Origin: Actinomycetes bacterium
GTDB taxonomy: Bacteria; Actinomycetota; Humimicrobiia; JAHJRV01
Direction of reading: 5' to 3'
DNA: 47,466 nucleotides
Assembly: GCA_030612085.1 (NCBI GenBank)
Contig: JAUWOM010000001.1
Location: forward strand, 1-47,466
In this document: one piece after another, positions 8,073 through 17,732 of the stretch
How positions within the stretch are numbered: position 1 is the first letter of the stretch
How the letters are laid out: every line of letters starts with the position of its first letter
The notes under the pieces: model-generated
The model's input: only the letters and a program-made list of their open reading frames with translations
Told to the model about the DNA's origin: nothing
Database searches by the model: none
Position numbers and translations under genes: made by a program

Positions 8073-10415
8073 ATGATGTTATTGCTTATTAGAAATTTTT
8101 ATAAAAAAATATCAAAGTCAATCAGATTTTTGCTTATTTCATTTATCTGCATTTTCCTTTTAAATTCTTCATTTTTTCCATATTTTATATCTGACAACAA
8201 TATTTTTCTAAACAGCACTAATAGTTTTTCAAAAAACAATAGTATTTTCTTTAAAAATATACTTTTTTTAAATAAGGCTTATGCAGATAATATGATAAGT
8301 AAATCATTTCAACAAAATTATCTAAAATCCAATCCCATTGATAGGTCTATTTCTCCTATTGATGTTGATAAGAATTTGATATATAAAAAACTTTATCTTT
8401 CAGGTCAAAATTATTTTAATTCAGGGAACTATTTAAGAGCTGATAGTTGTTTTTCACGAATTGTTGATAGCTCTTATATATTAGCTGATTATGCATTATA
8501 CTATCTTGCTCAAAGTAATCAGAAAATGGGTGATTATTCATTAGCAATTAAATATTATGAACAATATAGGGATAAATATTCTGAGGGATATTGGAATGAA
8601 AAAGTTGAACTTGAAAAGGTGAACTGCTTTTATAAATTAGGTGAGCTTTACAAAGTAGAGGAGGCCCTGAGAGATTTTTTAAAGAATTATTCTGATTCTG
8701 AGTTAATTCCTGAGGTTATGTTTCAACTTTCAAGTTGTTTAGAGGAACAAGAAAAATTGGAAGATGCAGTAAAAAATTACTATCAAATCTGGTTGGACTG
8801 GCCAATATCAGAACAAGCAAGTAAAGCTAAGGCAAGATTTATACAAATATCTGAAACTCATGATATTGAAATAAAACCTGCTAACTTAACATCATTACAT
8901 CAAAGAGCCAAGAAATTAATGAAAGCATATCTTTTTGATTCTGCTTTATCAGACCTTTTAAAGTTGAAAGAAAGAGCTAATCTTGAACAGGAAGCTGAAT
9001 TTGTATCAAAGGTGAAATTGGATATTGCTATCTGTAATTATAGACTAAGGAAATATGAAGAAGCTGCCTTTATTTTATCTGAATTACTTAATAGTGATAT
9101 TTCATCTGCTTTGAAAAAAAATGTATTGTTTTGGTTAGCTAAAAGTAATACATATTTAGGAAATACTCAATATGCCATAGAGTACTATTCATTACTAGTT
9201 GAAAAATATCCATATAGTGATCTTGCGCCTGAAAGTTTAGAAAATATTGCAAAAATACGGGAAAACAAAAATCAGACTGAAGAAGCAATGAATATTTATG
9301 AAAGAATTATCACAGAATATCCATACTCAGTATTTGCACAGAGGACATTATGGAATACTGGATGGATTTTTTACAAAGAAGGGCAATTTTCTGAAGCGTT
9401 AAAAAAATTTGACAGATTAGTAAAAACTGGGCGCAACTCATCTCTTTACTCAAAATCATTATACTGGAAATCTAAAGTCCTGGAGAAATTAGGTGAGAAT
9501 GATTCAGCAATACAAACTTACAAAGATCTTTTAGATAATAATTCTTATGATTTTTATAAGATAATGGCAATTGCAAAATTAGAAGAAATTGATCCAAACT
9601 ATATTGAAAACTTAAAAGAGAATTCTGATTATAATAAGATAGAACTAATATCATTAGGAGAAATTAAATCCGAACATTATAAAAAAGCTAAAGAACTTTT
9701 TATGTTAGGTTTTAATTATGATGCTATAAATGAATTGGAAATAGTGAAAAATAAGGAAAACAATGATAAAAAATTAATGGTTGAGGTTGGTAAGTTATTT
9801 TTTAAAACGGGTGATTATTTCAGAGCAATAAGAGTTGCAGTTAATTATTTGAATGAGTTTTTAAGTAATACACCAAGGGGAAAGGCAAAGGATATCTGGA
9901 AATCTTTTTATCCAAAGGGATACTATGGTACTGTTGAGAAGTGGGCAGATACTGAAAATGTTAATCCATTTTTAATTTACTCTATAATGAGAGAAGAAAG
10001 TCATTTTAATCCTCTTGCTCTCTCAGTATCTAACGCTCGAGGTTTAATGCAGATAATTCCTCCAACTGGTGAATGGATTGCTGAAAAAATCAATTCTCGA
10101 AATTTTGATGTTGAAAAAATGTGGGATACAGAAACTAATATTAGAATGGGGTCGTGGTATTTAAGATTTCTACTTGATTATTTCGATGGAGTAGAGATGT
10201 TAGCTACAGCAGGTTATAATGCTGGACAGGGAGCAGTTGGAAAATGGGTTAATAAGTATGATAAAAAAGAGGCAGATTTCTTTATTGAAAATATTCCATA
10301 TGAGCAGACAAGAGAATATGTTAAAAAGGTTTTAAGAGACTATGTTATCTATCATCAGATATATGAAAAAGATGATTTAAGCATTTCTTTATTAGTTGAT
10401 AACTTTTTAAAATAA
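8073..10415 (+). CDS. Soluble lytic murein transglycosylase (Slt70-like) with N-terminal membrane/signal segment and a TPR-like superhelical region
   Basis: C-terminal SLT catalytic motif ESHFNPLALSVSNARGLMQI...AGYNAG, a long TPR-like repeat region, and a hydrophobic N-terminus. Confidence 0.8.
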   Translation: MMLLLIRNFYKKISKSIRFLLISFICIFLLNSSFFPYFISDNNIFLNSTNSFSKNNSIFFKNILFLNKAYADNMISKSFQQNYLKSNPIDRSISPIDVDKNLIYKKLYLSGQNYFNSGNYLRADSCFSRIVDSSYILADYALYYLAQSNQKMGDYSLAIKYYEQYRDKYSEGYWNEKVELEKVNCFYKLGELYKVEEALRDFLKNYSDSELIPEVMFQLSSCLEEQEKLEDAVKNYYQIWLDWPISEQASKAKARFIQISETHDIEIKPANLTSLHQRAKKLMKAYLFDSALSDLLKLKERANLEQEAEFVSKVKLDIAICNYRLRKYEEAAFILSELLNSDISSALKKNVLFWLAKSNTYLGNTQYAIEYYSLLVEKYPYSDLAPESLENIAKIRENKNQTEEAMNIYERIITEYPYSVFAQRTLWNTGWIFYKEGQFSEALKKFDRLVKTGRNSSLYSKSLYWKSKVLEKLGENDSAIQTYKDLLDNNSYDFYKIMAIAKLEEIDPNYIENLKENSDYNKIELISLGEIKSEHYKKAKELFMLGFNYDAINELEIVKNKENNDKKLMVEVGKLFFKTGDYFRAIRVAVNYLNEFLSNTPRGKAKDIWKSFYPKGYYGTVEKWADTENVNPFLIYSIMREESHFNPLALSVSNARGLMQIIPPTGEWIAEKINSRNFDVEKMWDTETNIRMGSWYLRFLLDYFDGVEMLATAGYNAGQGAVGKWVNKYDKKEADFFIENIPYEQTREYVKKVLRDYVIYHQIYEKDDLSISLLVDNFLK

Positions 10416-10440
10416 AAAAAGATTTTAATTCTAATTAAAA

Positions 10441-10484
10441 AATGTTGAAAACTTCATTAAACAATGTTGAAAAATTCGTTAAAG
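10441..10484 (+). repeat. Exact-phase tandem 22-nt direct repeat (2 copies)
   Basis: aatgttgaaaacttcattaaac / aatgttgaaaaattcgttaaag, 19 of 22 positions identical, each containing GAA-N3-TTC. Confidence 0.6.
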
Positions 10485-10518
10485 GATTTTAAATACTTCA
10501 GATATACTTATTTTTAAA

Positions 10519-10581
10519 ATGTAGGGCAAGGCTTTAGCCTTGCTTGCAATTATAATGCAACCCTAAAGGGTTGCCCTACAT
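10519..10581. repeat. Nested GC-rich palindromic element (possible bidirectional terminator or REP-like element)
   Basis: Outer inverted repeat atgtagggcaa / ttgccctacat. Inner hairpins gcaaggc-ttta-gccttgc (10526-10543) and gcaaccc-taaa-gggttgc (10557-10574). Central ttgca-N7-tgcaa. Confidence 0.6.
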
Positions 10582-10601
10582 AAAACTTTTATAAAAATAA
10601 T

Positions 10602-12317
10602 ATGATAAGCATTAAAATTGCAAAGATTTTTGAAGATTTAGCAGATATGCTGGAGATAAAAGGAGAAAACCCTTTTAGAATACGGGCATATAGAAAAGCT
10701 GCTCGAAATATCAGGACCTTAACAAATGAGCTTGAAAAATTTGCTGATGAGGGTAGATTAGACCAGATTCCTGGCATTGGAGAAGGAATGAAGGAGAAAA
10801 TATATGAGATTTTGGATACTGGTCGTCTTCAATTTTATGAAGAATTAAAGAGTGAGATTCCACCAAGTTTGGTAAAGTTACTTTCTGTACCCGGTATTGG
10901 ACCTAAATTGGCTAAGAAGTTCTATGATGAATTAAATATTAGGGATATAGAGCAATTAGAAAAGATGGCTAAAGAACATCATTTAGCTGGATTACCAGGA
11001 ATAAAAGAAAAAACTGAGCAAAATATTCTAAAAGGAATTGAAATGCTGAAGAAGGGGTTAGAGAGGATGAATTTGGGTATAGCTTTACCAATTGCAAATG
11101 AAATTGTAGATCAATTAAGTAAACTTCCTGAAGTTAAAAGAATAAGCACAGCAGGAAGTCTTAGACGAAGAAAAGAAACTATTGGTGATATAGATATTTT
11201 AACTACTTCCTCTAATTCTAAGAAAGTAATGGATACTTTTATAAACTTACAACTTGTTGAGAGGGTTTTAGTTTGTGGTGATACCAAAAGCTCCATAATA
11301 ACTTATGATGGTATACATGTAGATTTAAGAGTTGTTGAGCCTGAAAGTTATGGATCAGCATTAGCTTATTTTACGGGTTCTAAAGCACATAATATTCGAA
11401 TCAGGGAAATAGCCATGAAAAATAATCTCAAAATAAATGAATATGGAGTATTTGATGAAAAAACTGGTATGAAAATCGCTGGTGAAAATGAGGAAGAAAT
11501 TTATCAAATTCTTAACCTGCCATTTATAGCGTCTGAACTTCGTGAGGATATGGGAGAAATAGAAGCTGCAAAGGAAAACAGATTGCCCACTTTAGTTAAA
11601 CTCTCTCAAATAAAAGGTGATCTACATGTACACACAACTTGGAGTGACGGGGGAAATAGTATTGAGGAAATGCTAAAAACTTCACAAGAAATGGGATATA
11701 AATATCTTGCTATATGTGACCATTCCCAAAGTTTAAAAGTTGCTGGTGGTCTATCTGAAGATAAATTATTAGAGCAAATAGAAAAGATAAAAGAATTAAA
11801 TAGTAAATATAAAGATTTTGATATTTTAGCAGGAAGTGAAGTTGATATAAAAGCAGATGGCTCTTTGGATTATCCAGATGAGTTAATGAAAAAATTAGAT
11901 ATAGTAGTAGCAGCGATACATACTCGATTTAGAAGGTCAAGATATGAGATGACTAAAAGGATAATAAAAGCTATCCAGAATCCACATGTAAATATACTAG
12001 CGCATCCTACCGGAAGATTGTTAGGAGTAAGAGATGCATATGAGGTTGATCTTGATGAAATATTAAAAGTTGCTAAAATAAATAAAATTGCATTAGAAAT
12101 TAATGCTTTCCCCGAAAGATTAGACTTAAATGATATAAATTGTAGGAAAGCAAAAGAATATGGGGTAATGATATCTATAAATACTGATAGTCATATAACT
12201 AATCAATTGGATTATATGGCTTTAGGGGTATCAGTAGCAAGAAGGGGTTGGTTAGAACCTAAAAATATAATTAACACCAAACCTATAGAACAAATTATCA
12301 AATTTTTAAAAAGTTAA
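10602..12317 (+). CDS. polX: Family X DNA polymerase with C-terminal PHP (3'-5' exonuclease/phosphoesterase) domain
   Basis: HhH motifs (GIGPKLAKK), the polymerase-beta-like nucleotidyltransferase motif GSLRRRKETIGDIDIL, and the PHP motif DLHVHTTWSDG...CDHS. Confidence 0.85.
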   Translation: MISIKIAKIFEDLADMLEIKGENPFRIRAYRKAARNIRTLTNELEKFADEGRLDQIPGIGEGMKEKIYEILDTGRLQFYEELKSEIPPSLVKLLSVPGIGPKLAKKFYDELNIRDIEQLEKMAKEHHLAGLPGIKEKTEQNILKGIEMLKKGLERMNLGIALPIANEIVDQLSKLPEVKRISTAGSLRRRKETIGDIDILTTSSNSKKVMDTFINLQLVERVLVCGDTKSSIITYDGIHVDLRVVEPESYGSALAYFTGSKAHNIRIREIAMKNNLKINEYGVFDEKTGMKIAGENEEEIYQILNLPFIASELREDMGEIEAAKENRLPTLVKLSQIKGDLHVHTTWSDGGNSIEEMLKTSQEMGYKYLAICDHSQSLKVAGGLSEDKLLEQIEKIKELNSKYKDFDILAGSEVDIKADGSLDYPDELMKKLDIVVAAIHTRFRRSRYEMTKRIIKAIQNPHVNILAHPTGRLLGVRDAYEVDLDEILKVAKINKIALEINAFPERLDLNDINCRKAKEYGVMISINTDSHITNQLDYMALGVSVARRGWLEPKNIINTKPIEQIIKFLKS

Positions 12318-12333
12318 TTTGAGGTGATTTTCA

Positions 12334-13542
12334 GTGAGAAAAACTTTAGCGTTTATAATGGCAGGTGGTAAGGGAGAAAGGCTTTACCCTCTTACCAAAG
12401 ATAGAGCAAAACCATCAGTCCCTTTTGGTGGTAAGTACAGAATTATTGATTTCACACTCAGTAATTGTTTAAATTCAAATTTGAGAAAAATAAATGTACT
12501 AACACAGTATAAATCTTTTTCACTATATATGCATATAAAATTGGGTTGGAATTTCTTCAAAAGTGAACTTGGTGAATATATAAATGTAATTCCTGCTCAA
12601 AAGATAGGTAGGGAGGAGTGGTACCTTGGCACTGCAGATGCTATATATCAAAGTATATATTTTATAGATAAAGAAGAACCTGAAAGAGTAATTATCCTTT
12701 CAGGAGATCATATTTATAAAATGGATTATCAGGATATGATTATATTTCATAAGATAAAGAGAGCTGATCTAACAATAGCAACTTTAGAAATGGAGAGGGA
12801 TAAGGCATCGCAGTTTGGAGTAATACAAATTGATGAGGATAAAAAGGTTATGGGATTTGAAGAAAAGCCAAAAGAGCCTGAACCAATTCCGGGAAAACCT
12901 GAGTCCATTCTTATATCTATGGGAGTATATGTCTTTAATACTGATTTTTTAAAGAAGAAATTAATAGAAGATGCTAAAAGGATAGATTCAACTCACGATT
13001 TTGGAAAAGATATAATTCCAGGTATGATAAAAAATGCAAATGTTTATGCTTTTATCTTTCAAGATAGAGAAACCGGTAAACCAAAATATTGGAGAGATGT
13101 AGGTACAATTGATACATACTTTGAAGCTAATATGGATTTAGTTGGAATTAATCCCAAAATAAATCTCTATGAAAAAGAGTGGCCTATATTTACATTGCAA
13201 ACTCAATGCCCTCCAACTAAGACAATTGGAATTGAAGGTAAAGATAAAGGATTAGCAATTTCATCTCTACTTGCTGATGGGTGTTTGATTAAAGGTGGCA
13301 AAGTTTTTAATTCTATAATATCTAATGATGTTATAGTAAATGATTATTCTGATATTTCACATTCCATTATTTATGAAGGAGTTGATGTGGGAGAAGGGTG
13401 TAAGATTAAAAAAGCAATAATAGATAAAAATAACAAAATACCTCCTGATACAAGTATAGGCTACAAATTAGAGGATGATAAAAAGAAATTCACTGTTAGT
13501 GAAGGTGGAGTAGTAGTAGTTCCAAAAGAATATTTTAAATAA
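12334..13542 (+). CDS. glgC: Glucose-1-phosphate adenylyltransferase
   Basis: N-terminal GGKGERLYPLTKDRAKPSVPFGGKYRIIDF, and a left-handed beta-helix type C-terminus. GTG start with GAGGTGA RBS. Confidence 0.85.
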   Translation: MRKTLAFIMAGGKGERLYPLTKDRAKPSVPFGGKYRIIDFTLSNCLNSNLRKINVLTQYKSFSLYMHIKLGWNFFKSELGEYINVIPAQKIGREEWYLGTADAIYQSIYFIDKEEPERVIILSGDHIYKMDYQDMIIFHKIKRADLTIATLEMERDKASQFGVIQIDEDKKVMGFEEKPKEPEPIPGKPESILISMGVYVFNTDFLKKKLIEDAKRIDSTHDFGKDIIPGMIKNANVYAFIFQDRETGKPKYWRDVGTIDTYFEANMDLVGINPKINLYEKEWPIFTLQTQCPPTKTIGIEGKDKGLAISSLLADGCLIKGGKVFNSIISNDVIVNDYSDISHSIIYEGVDVGEGCKIKKAIIDKNNKIPPDTSIGYKLEDDKKKFTVSEGGVVVVPKEYFK

Positions 13543-13560
13543 TAAATATCAAATCATATA

Positions 13561-14457
13561 TCATTCTTGTTTTAAAATTATGGCTTTTTTGGGATAAGGT
13601 ATTTTTAAATCTAATTGACCTGCCTTTTCAATAAGTCTTTTTCTAAACTCTCTACTAATTGGGAAATTCTTTCCAGGTTTTACTTTTCCCCAGACTCTTA
13701 TAATTGCAGATGATTCTCCAAATTCTGTAATCCCTAACACTCTAATAGGTGTAATTATGTAACTTTTATAATTTTTGTCTTCAGAGATTTCTTTGCTTAT
13801 TTCATTTAAGAGGTCAAAAGCTTTCTTAAGATCTTCATTATAAGGTACTCCAACATCAAGTATCATACGAGACCATTGCCTGCTACGATTGCTAACTGTT
13901 TTAACTTCACCATTTGGGATAAAGTGAAGACTACCTTCAATATCCCTGATTGTTGTAACTCTTAAGGTAACATTTTCAACTTTTCCTGTAACATCCCCAA
14001 TTTTTATAGAATCACCAATGCCATATGGATTTTCAAATATTATAAAAATTCCATTAATTATATCTTTAATTAAAGTTTGAGCTCCAAGACCAAGAATTAC
14101 TCCAATTATTCCAGCACTTGCCAATATTGTTGTAAGACTTTTAGGTTCTAAAATAGTATCAAAAATTAAAAAAACAGCAATTAATAATATTAAAGCTGTT
14201 ATAGTATTTTTTATAATTGATGTTAATGTCAATAGTCTTCTTTTTGGTCTGGTCTTTTTAAATAATTCCTGGTAAATCTTTGATTTTGTGAATTGATTAA
14301 TAATAAATCTCATTACAAAGGATAATAAAATAGCTCCTATAATTATTAATAAAATTCTTATTGTTTTTTCACCAAATACTAAACTTGCTTTTTGTAATAT
14401 TGCTTGCAATTTTTTTTCTCCTCGTCTGTTAAAATGGTCTAAGTAATTTAAGTACAA
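13561..14457 (-). CDS. Small-conductance mechanosensitive channel (MscS family)
   Basis: Three N-terminal TM helices followed by the MscS beta-domain signature (GDSIKIGDVTGKVENVTLRVTTIRDIEGSLHFIPNG). Confidence 0.8.
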   Translation of the reverse strand: MYLNYLDHFNRRGEKKLQAILQKASLVFGEKTIRILLIIIGAILLSFVMRFIINQFTKSKIYQELFKKTRPKRRLLTLTSIIKNTITALILLIAVFLIFDTILEPKSLTTILASAGIIGVILGLGAQTLIKDIINGIFIIFENPYGIGDSIKIGDVTGKVENVTLRVTTIRDIEGSLHFIPNGEVKTVSNRSRQWSRMILDVGVPYNEDLKKAFDLLNEISKEISEDKNYKSYIITPIRVLGITEFGESSAIIRVWGKVKPGKNFPISREFRKRLIEKAGQLDLKIPYPKKAIILKQE

Positions 14458-14737
14458 TTAAACATGATTAATAATACATAAAATTATAAATCTTTTATCT
14501 TATTAAACTGTAGCAGGATTTATGATTTAATAATATTTATCTTTATAAAAATATTATTAAAAAATACAGACTTATATATTATACGATATAAATATAAGAT
14601 TATTTTTTTACATTGACTTTTTTGAGCTTTAAACATAGTGCCACCGATGTATCTCATCTTATACACAAAATAATAGGGAATTAAATATATATTAGAAATT
14701 ATGATTGGAGGATTTAATCTTAAATACCAAGTTTAGA

Positions 14738-14811
14738 TAGTGCATATTATATATAAAAACCCCCGGACATTTCTAAATTGGTAGTACATTTATATATAAA
14801 AACTATGGACA
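14738..14811 (+). repeat. Two copies of a roughly 30-nt motif, 44 nt apart, upstream of radC
   Basis: tagtgcatattatatataaaaacccccggaca (14738-14769) versus tagtacatttatatataaaaactatggaca (14782-14811). Confidence 0.4.
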
Positions 14812-14935
14812 AATTAGTTTAAATGATGTATAATAATTACACATTTGTATATATATGCAATTTTATATTATTAATATAAATATCATTCTAATATAGAAAA
14901 ATATCATTTTATTATTTTAATTAAGTATATAAGAT

Positions 14936-15619
14936 ATGAAATCAATAAAAGATTGGCCAGAAGATGAGAGACCTAGAGAGAGACTCTTTAAATATGGTGA
15001 AGATAATCTATCAGACGCTCAGCTTATTGCTATTTTAATTAATTCTGGAAATAGAAAAAGTAAAGAGAATGCAGTTGATCTTGGAAGGAACTTACTTAAA
15101 AAATTTAATGGGATCTCTGGCATAGATGAAGCACATATAAATGAATTGATAGAACTCCCCGGTATAGGTAGTTCCAAGGCTTCAAGATTGAAAGCAGCAT
15201 TTGAGTTGGGAAAAAGACTCATTTCAAAATCAAACGGTTCTCTTAAAAGGTTTAAATGTAGTGAAGATGTTGCAAAAATTTTTTATCCTAAAATGAAAAA
15301 TATAAAGAAGGAAAACTTTTTATGTTTACTTCTTGATGGTAAAAATAGAATAATAAATAAATTCAAAATTTCAGAAGGTTCTTTAAATTCTTCCATAGTA
15401 CATCCAAGAGAAGCTTTAAGACCTGCAATCCGTGAAGCAGCTGCATCTATAATTTTTATTCATAATCATCCTACCGGAGACCCCACACCAAGTAGTGATG
15501 ATCTGGCTATAACTAAAAGGTTGGTAGAATCAAGTAAAATAGTGGGAATTAAAGTATTAGATCACATAATAATTGGAGATAATAGACATTTCAGTTTTTC
15601 AGAAGAAAACCTGCTGTAA
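14936..15619 (+). CDS. radC: RadC-family JAB/MPN domain protein
   Basis: N-terminal RPRERL...LSDAQLIAILI, an HhH segment (LPGIGSSKA), and the JAMM motif HNHPTGDPTPSSDD. Confidence 0.85.
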   Translation: MKSIKDWPEDERPRERLFKYGEDNLSDAQLIAILINSGNRKSKENAVDLGRNLLKKFNGISGIDEAHINELIELPGIGSSKASRLKAAFELGKRLISKSNGSLKRFKCSEDVAKIFYPKMKNIKKENFLCLLLDGKNRIINKFKISEGSLNSSIVHPREALRPAIREAAASIIFIHNHPTGDPTPSSDDLAITKRLVESSKIVGIKVLDHIIIGDNRHFSFSEENLL

Positions 15620-15620
15620 A

Positions 15621-15968
15621 TTAACAGGTGAGATGTAAAGCAAGTACTACGTTTTTATCTTTTGACATACTATTATATGTTTTACAGGCTCTTTCGGTTT
15701 TTTGAACTATAAGTTTAATATTATTCTCTTTTATAATCTTTTTTGTTTCATCTGAAACAATCATAAGTCCAAAAGCACCTGTTCCTACAATTAATATTTC
15801 TGGTTTTTCTACTAATATTTCTTGTATATCTTCATAAATTAATTGATGACCGACCTTTCTCCACCAATTAATTTTGATTTTATCTGGATATAAAATCAAA
15901 TCAGAATTATATGTTTTTCCATCTATTACAATTTTGCCAAATTTATAAGAATCAATTATTTTTCTCAT
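15621..15968 (-). CDS. Mth938-like (DUF498) domain protein
   Basis: 115 aa with the ILIVGTGAFG core and the typical C-terminal ALHLTC ending of the family. Confidence 0.65.
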   Translation of the reverse strand: MRKIIDSYKFGKIVIDGKTYNSDLILYPDKIKINWWRKVGHQLIYEDIQEILVEKPEILIVGTGAFGLMIVSDETKKIIKENNIKLIVQKTERACKTYNSMSKDKNVVLALHLTC

Positions 15969-16086
15969 TTATCTTTCATTTAAAGTATAAAAATTTAATA
16001 GAATTAATAAAATTCTATTATTTTTATAATAACTTTAATATAATTGCTTTATTCCAATTCAATATTCACAATTTTAGTTAATAAAA

Positions 16087-17208
16087 TTATTTCAAATTTA
16101 ATACTCTATTTATCCATTTATCAGGATTTTTAATTTCATCAATAGTTGGGATATTTTTTTCATTCTCATAAAGTAAATTTAATCCAATCATATTCATTTT
16201 TTTATGTATATAATTAGCAAATTTCTGTCCCATCTCATACTGTTTAAGCTTTAATTCAATACCGATGATTTTTCGGAAAATCTTTTCAACCGGATTTATA
16301 ATTTTTCTCCTATTTTCAAATCTATTCTTTAAAACTTGAAAATTTGATATCATTCTACTTCCAATTTTATCCATAATAAAATTACTGTATCCTTCCAGAA
16401 TCGTCATTAATGCTTGAATTCTATATAATATTTCTCTTTGCCCTGGAGTAACCAAAGAAAAAAGAAAATCTTCACTCTGGAATTTGTTTATTACCTCATT
16501 AATATTTTTTACATCCAATTTCTGGATTCTTTCAGCAGCAGATTCTAAATTTAAAGTTGCACTTTCTATAAATTCTTTTAGTAGACTTTTATAATAATCA
16601 GTAATCCAATTATTAGAGTTGAATTCAAGAGCATGTGTAACTTCATGAAGAGCTATCCAGAACCTAAAATCCTTTGATGGTATTTTTAGCATTTTTTCCA
16701 ATTTAAGTAAATTTGGTGCAACAAAATAGATATTACCTCTTTCACCATACGGAAGACATAGATCATATTGCCCTAAAACATTCTTAGCCATGTAACCCAA
16801 AACTAACCCAATTTCCAGAGTGATTATAAATGGACTAATTTTATTAAGTAGTTTACTTATTGGATCAGTTGCTTTCGGTTTTTTGTACTCTTCTACTACT
16901 TTTTGAGTCAATGGTTCCATTAATGCTTTAAATCCTTTTATATTAGCTTCGATCCAATCCTGTCTACTAATAACCTTTGCTGAAGCAAATTGAAAGAATT
17001 GTAAATTTGTGAAATTTGAAGTTAAAATCTCACTTGCTCTAACTAATTCCTCAAATTGCTTTTGCATATCTAAAGATGGCATTTCATCAGTTTCACCTGA
17101 GTTGGCAACTCTAATAGCTAACATTTTAACAAGTTCCCAATTAATGGTATCTTTTTTACCTTTAGATAATTCTTCGACTTCTCTAATTATTGGATGATAA
17201 ATATCCAT
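16087..17208 (-). CDS. Zinc-dependent metalloprotease family protein (DUF2342-like)
   Basis: HEVTHALEF (HExxH) zinc motif in a 373-aa soluble protein. The family assignment is by overall resemblance only. Confidence 0.55.
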   Translation of the reverse strand: MDIYHPIIREVEELSKGKKDTINWELVKMLAIRVANSGETDEMPSLDMQKQFEELVRASEILTSNFTNLQFFQFASAKVISRQDWIEANIKGFKALMEPLTQKVVEEYKKPKATDPISKLLNKISPFIITLEIGLVLGYMAKNVLGQYDLCLPYGERGNIYFVAPNLLKLEKMLKIPSKDFRFWIALHEVTHALEFNSNNWITDYYKSLLKEFIESATLNLESAAERIQKLDVKNINEVINKFQSEDFLFSLVTPGQREILYRIQALMTILEGYSNFIMDKIGSRMISNFQVLKNRFENRRKIINPVEKIFRKIIGIELKLKQYEMGQKFANYIHKKMNMIGLNLLYENEKNIPTIDEIKNPDKWINRVLNLK

Positions 17209-17519
17209 TTTCCTGAATTAAAAAATATCCTTTCCTTATAAAAATCTATTAAAAGTATTATTAATACTTAGAATTTATTATTTTACTCAATCTAATTATA
17301 AACGTAAAATACAGTAAAGATTAAAAAATTTTAAGTCTAAGTAAATTCTAATAGTTCTACTAAATTATTAAGATATTTACAAATATATTAATAATATATT
17401 GATATGTTAAAATATATATATTAGAATCTTATTCGATATAATTTTTTTATATTTTGTTATGAATTTACCTAAAAAGATAACAAATTATTAAAAACTAATC
17501 ATTTTAAAAATAGCTTTTT

Positions 17520-17596
17520 GGGCCCATAGCTCAGTTGGTTAGAGCAGCGCACTCATAATGCGGAGGTCCCAGGTTCGAGTCCTGGTGGGCCCACCA
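17520..17596 (+). tRNA. tRNA with CAU anticodon: elongator tRNA-Met, or tRNA-Ile2 if C34 is lysidinylated. CCA is encoded.
   Basis: The cloverleaf folds by hand: acceptor GGGCCCA/TGGGCCC, D arm GCTC-AGTTGGTTA-GAGC, anticodon loop CTCATAA, T arm CCAGG-TTCGAGT-CCTGG, discriminator A, CCA. The 1:72 pair is G-C, so it is not an initiator. Confidence 0.88.
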
Positions 17597-17732
17597 TTCT
17601 TTTACAAATTTCCATTTACTTTCGAAAAAATATATATCAAATATATAACTCTTACTAAACTGAGAGCCATATTGTTAAATAGCCAGGAGTAAAGAAAGCT
17701 AAAGTTGTAATTGTTCCAACAGGGAAATTTAT

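Noticed and set aside
17382-17400. 19-nt perfect A/T palindrome (aatatatta-a-taatatatt), plus similar AT-only dyads in several spacers.
   Set aside because: Pure A/T palindromes of this size are expected by chance in spacers of this composition. There is no supporting context.
17520-17596. Initiator tRNA-fMet assignment for the CAU tRNA.
   Set aside because: The 1:72 pair is a Watson-Crick G-C, and the anticodon stem lacks the three consecutive G-C pairs typical of bacterial initiators. Met-elongator versus Ile2 cannot be resolved by eye.
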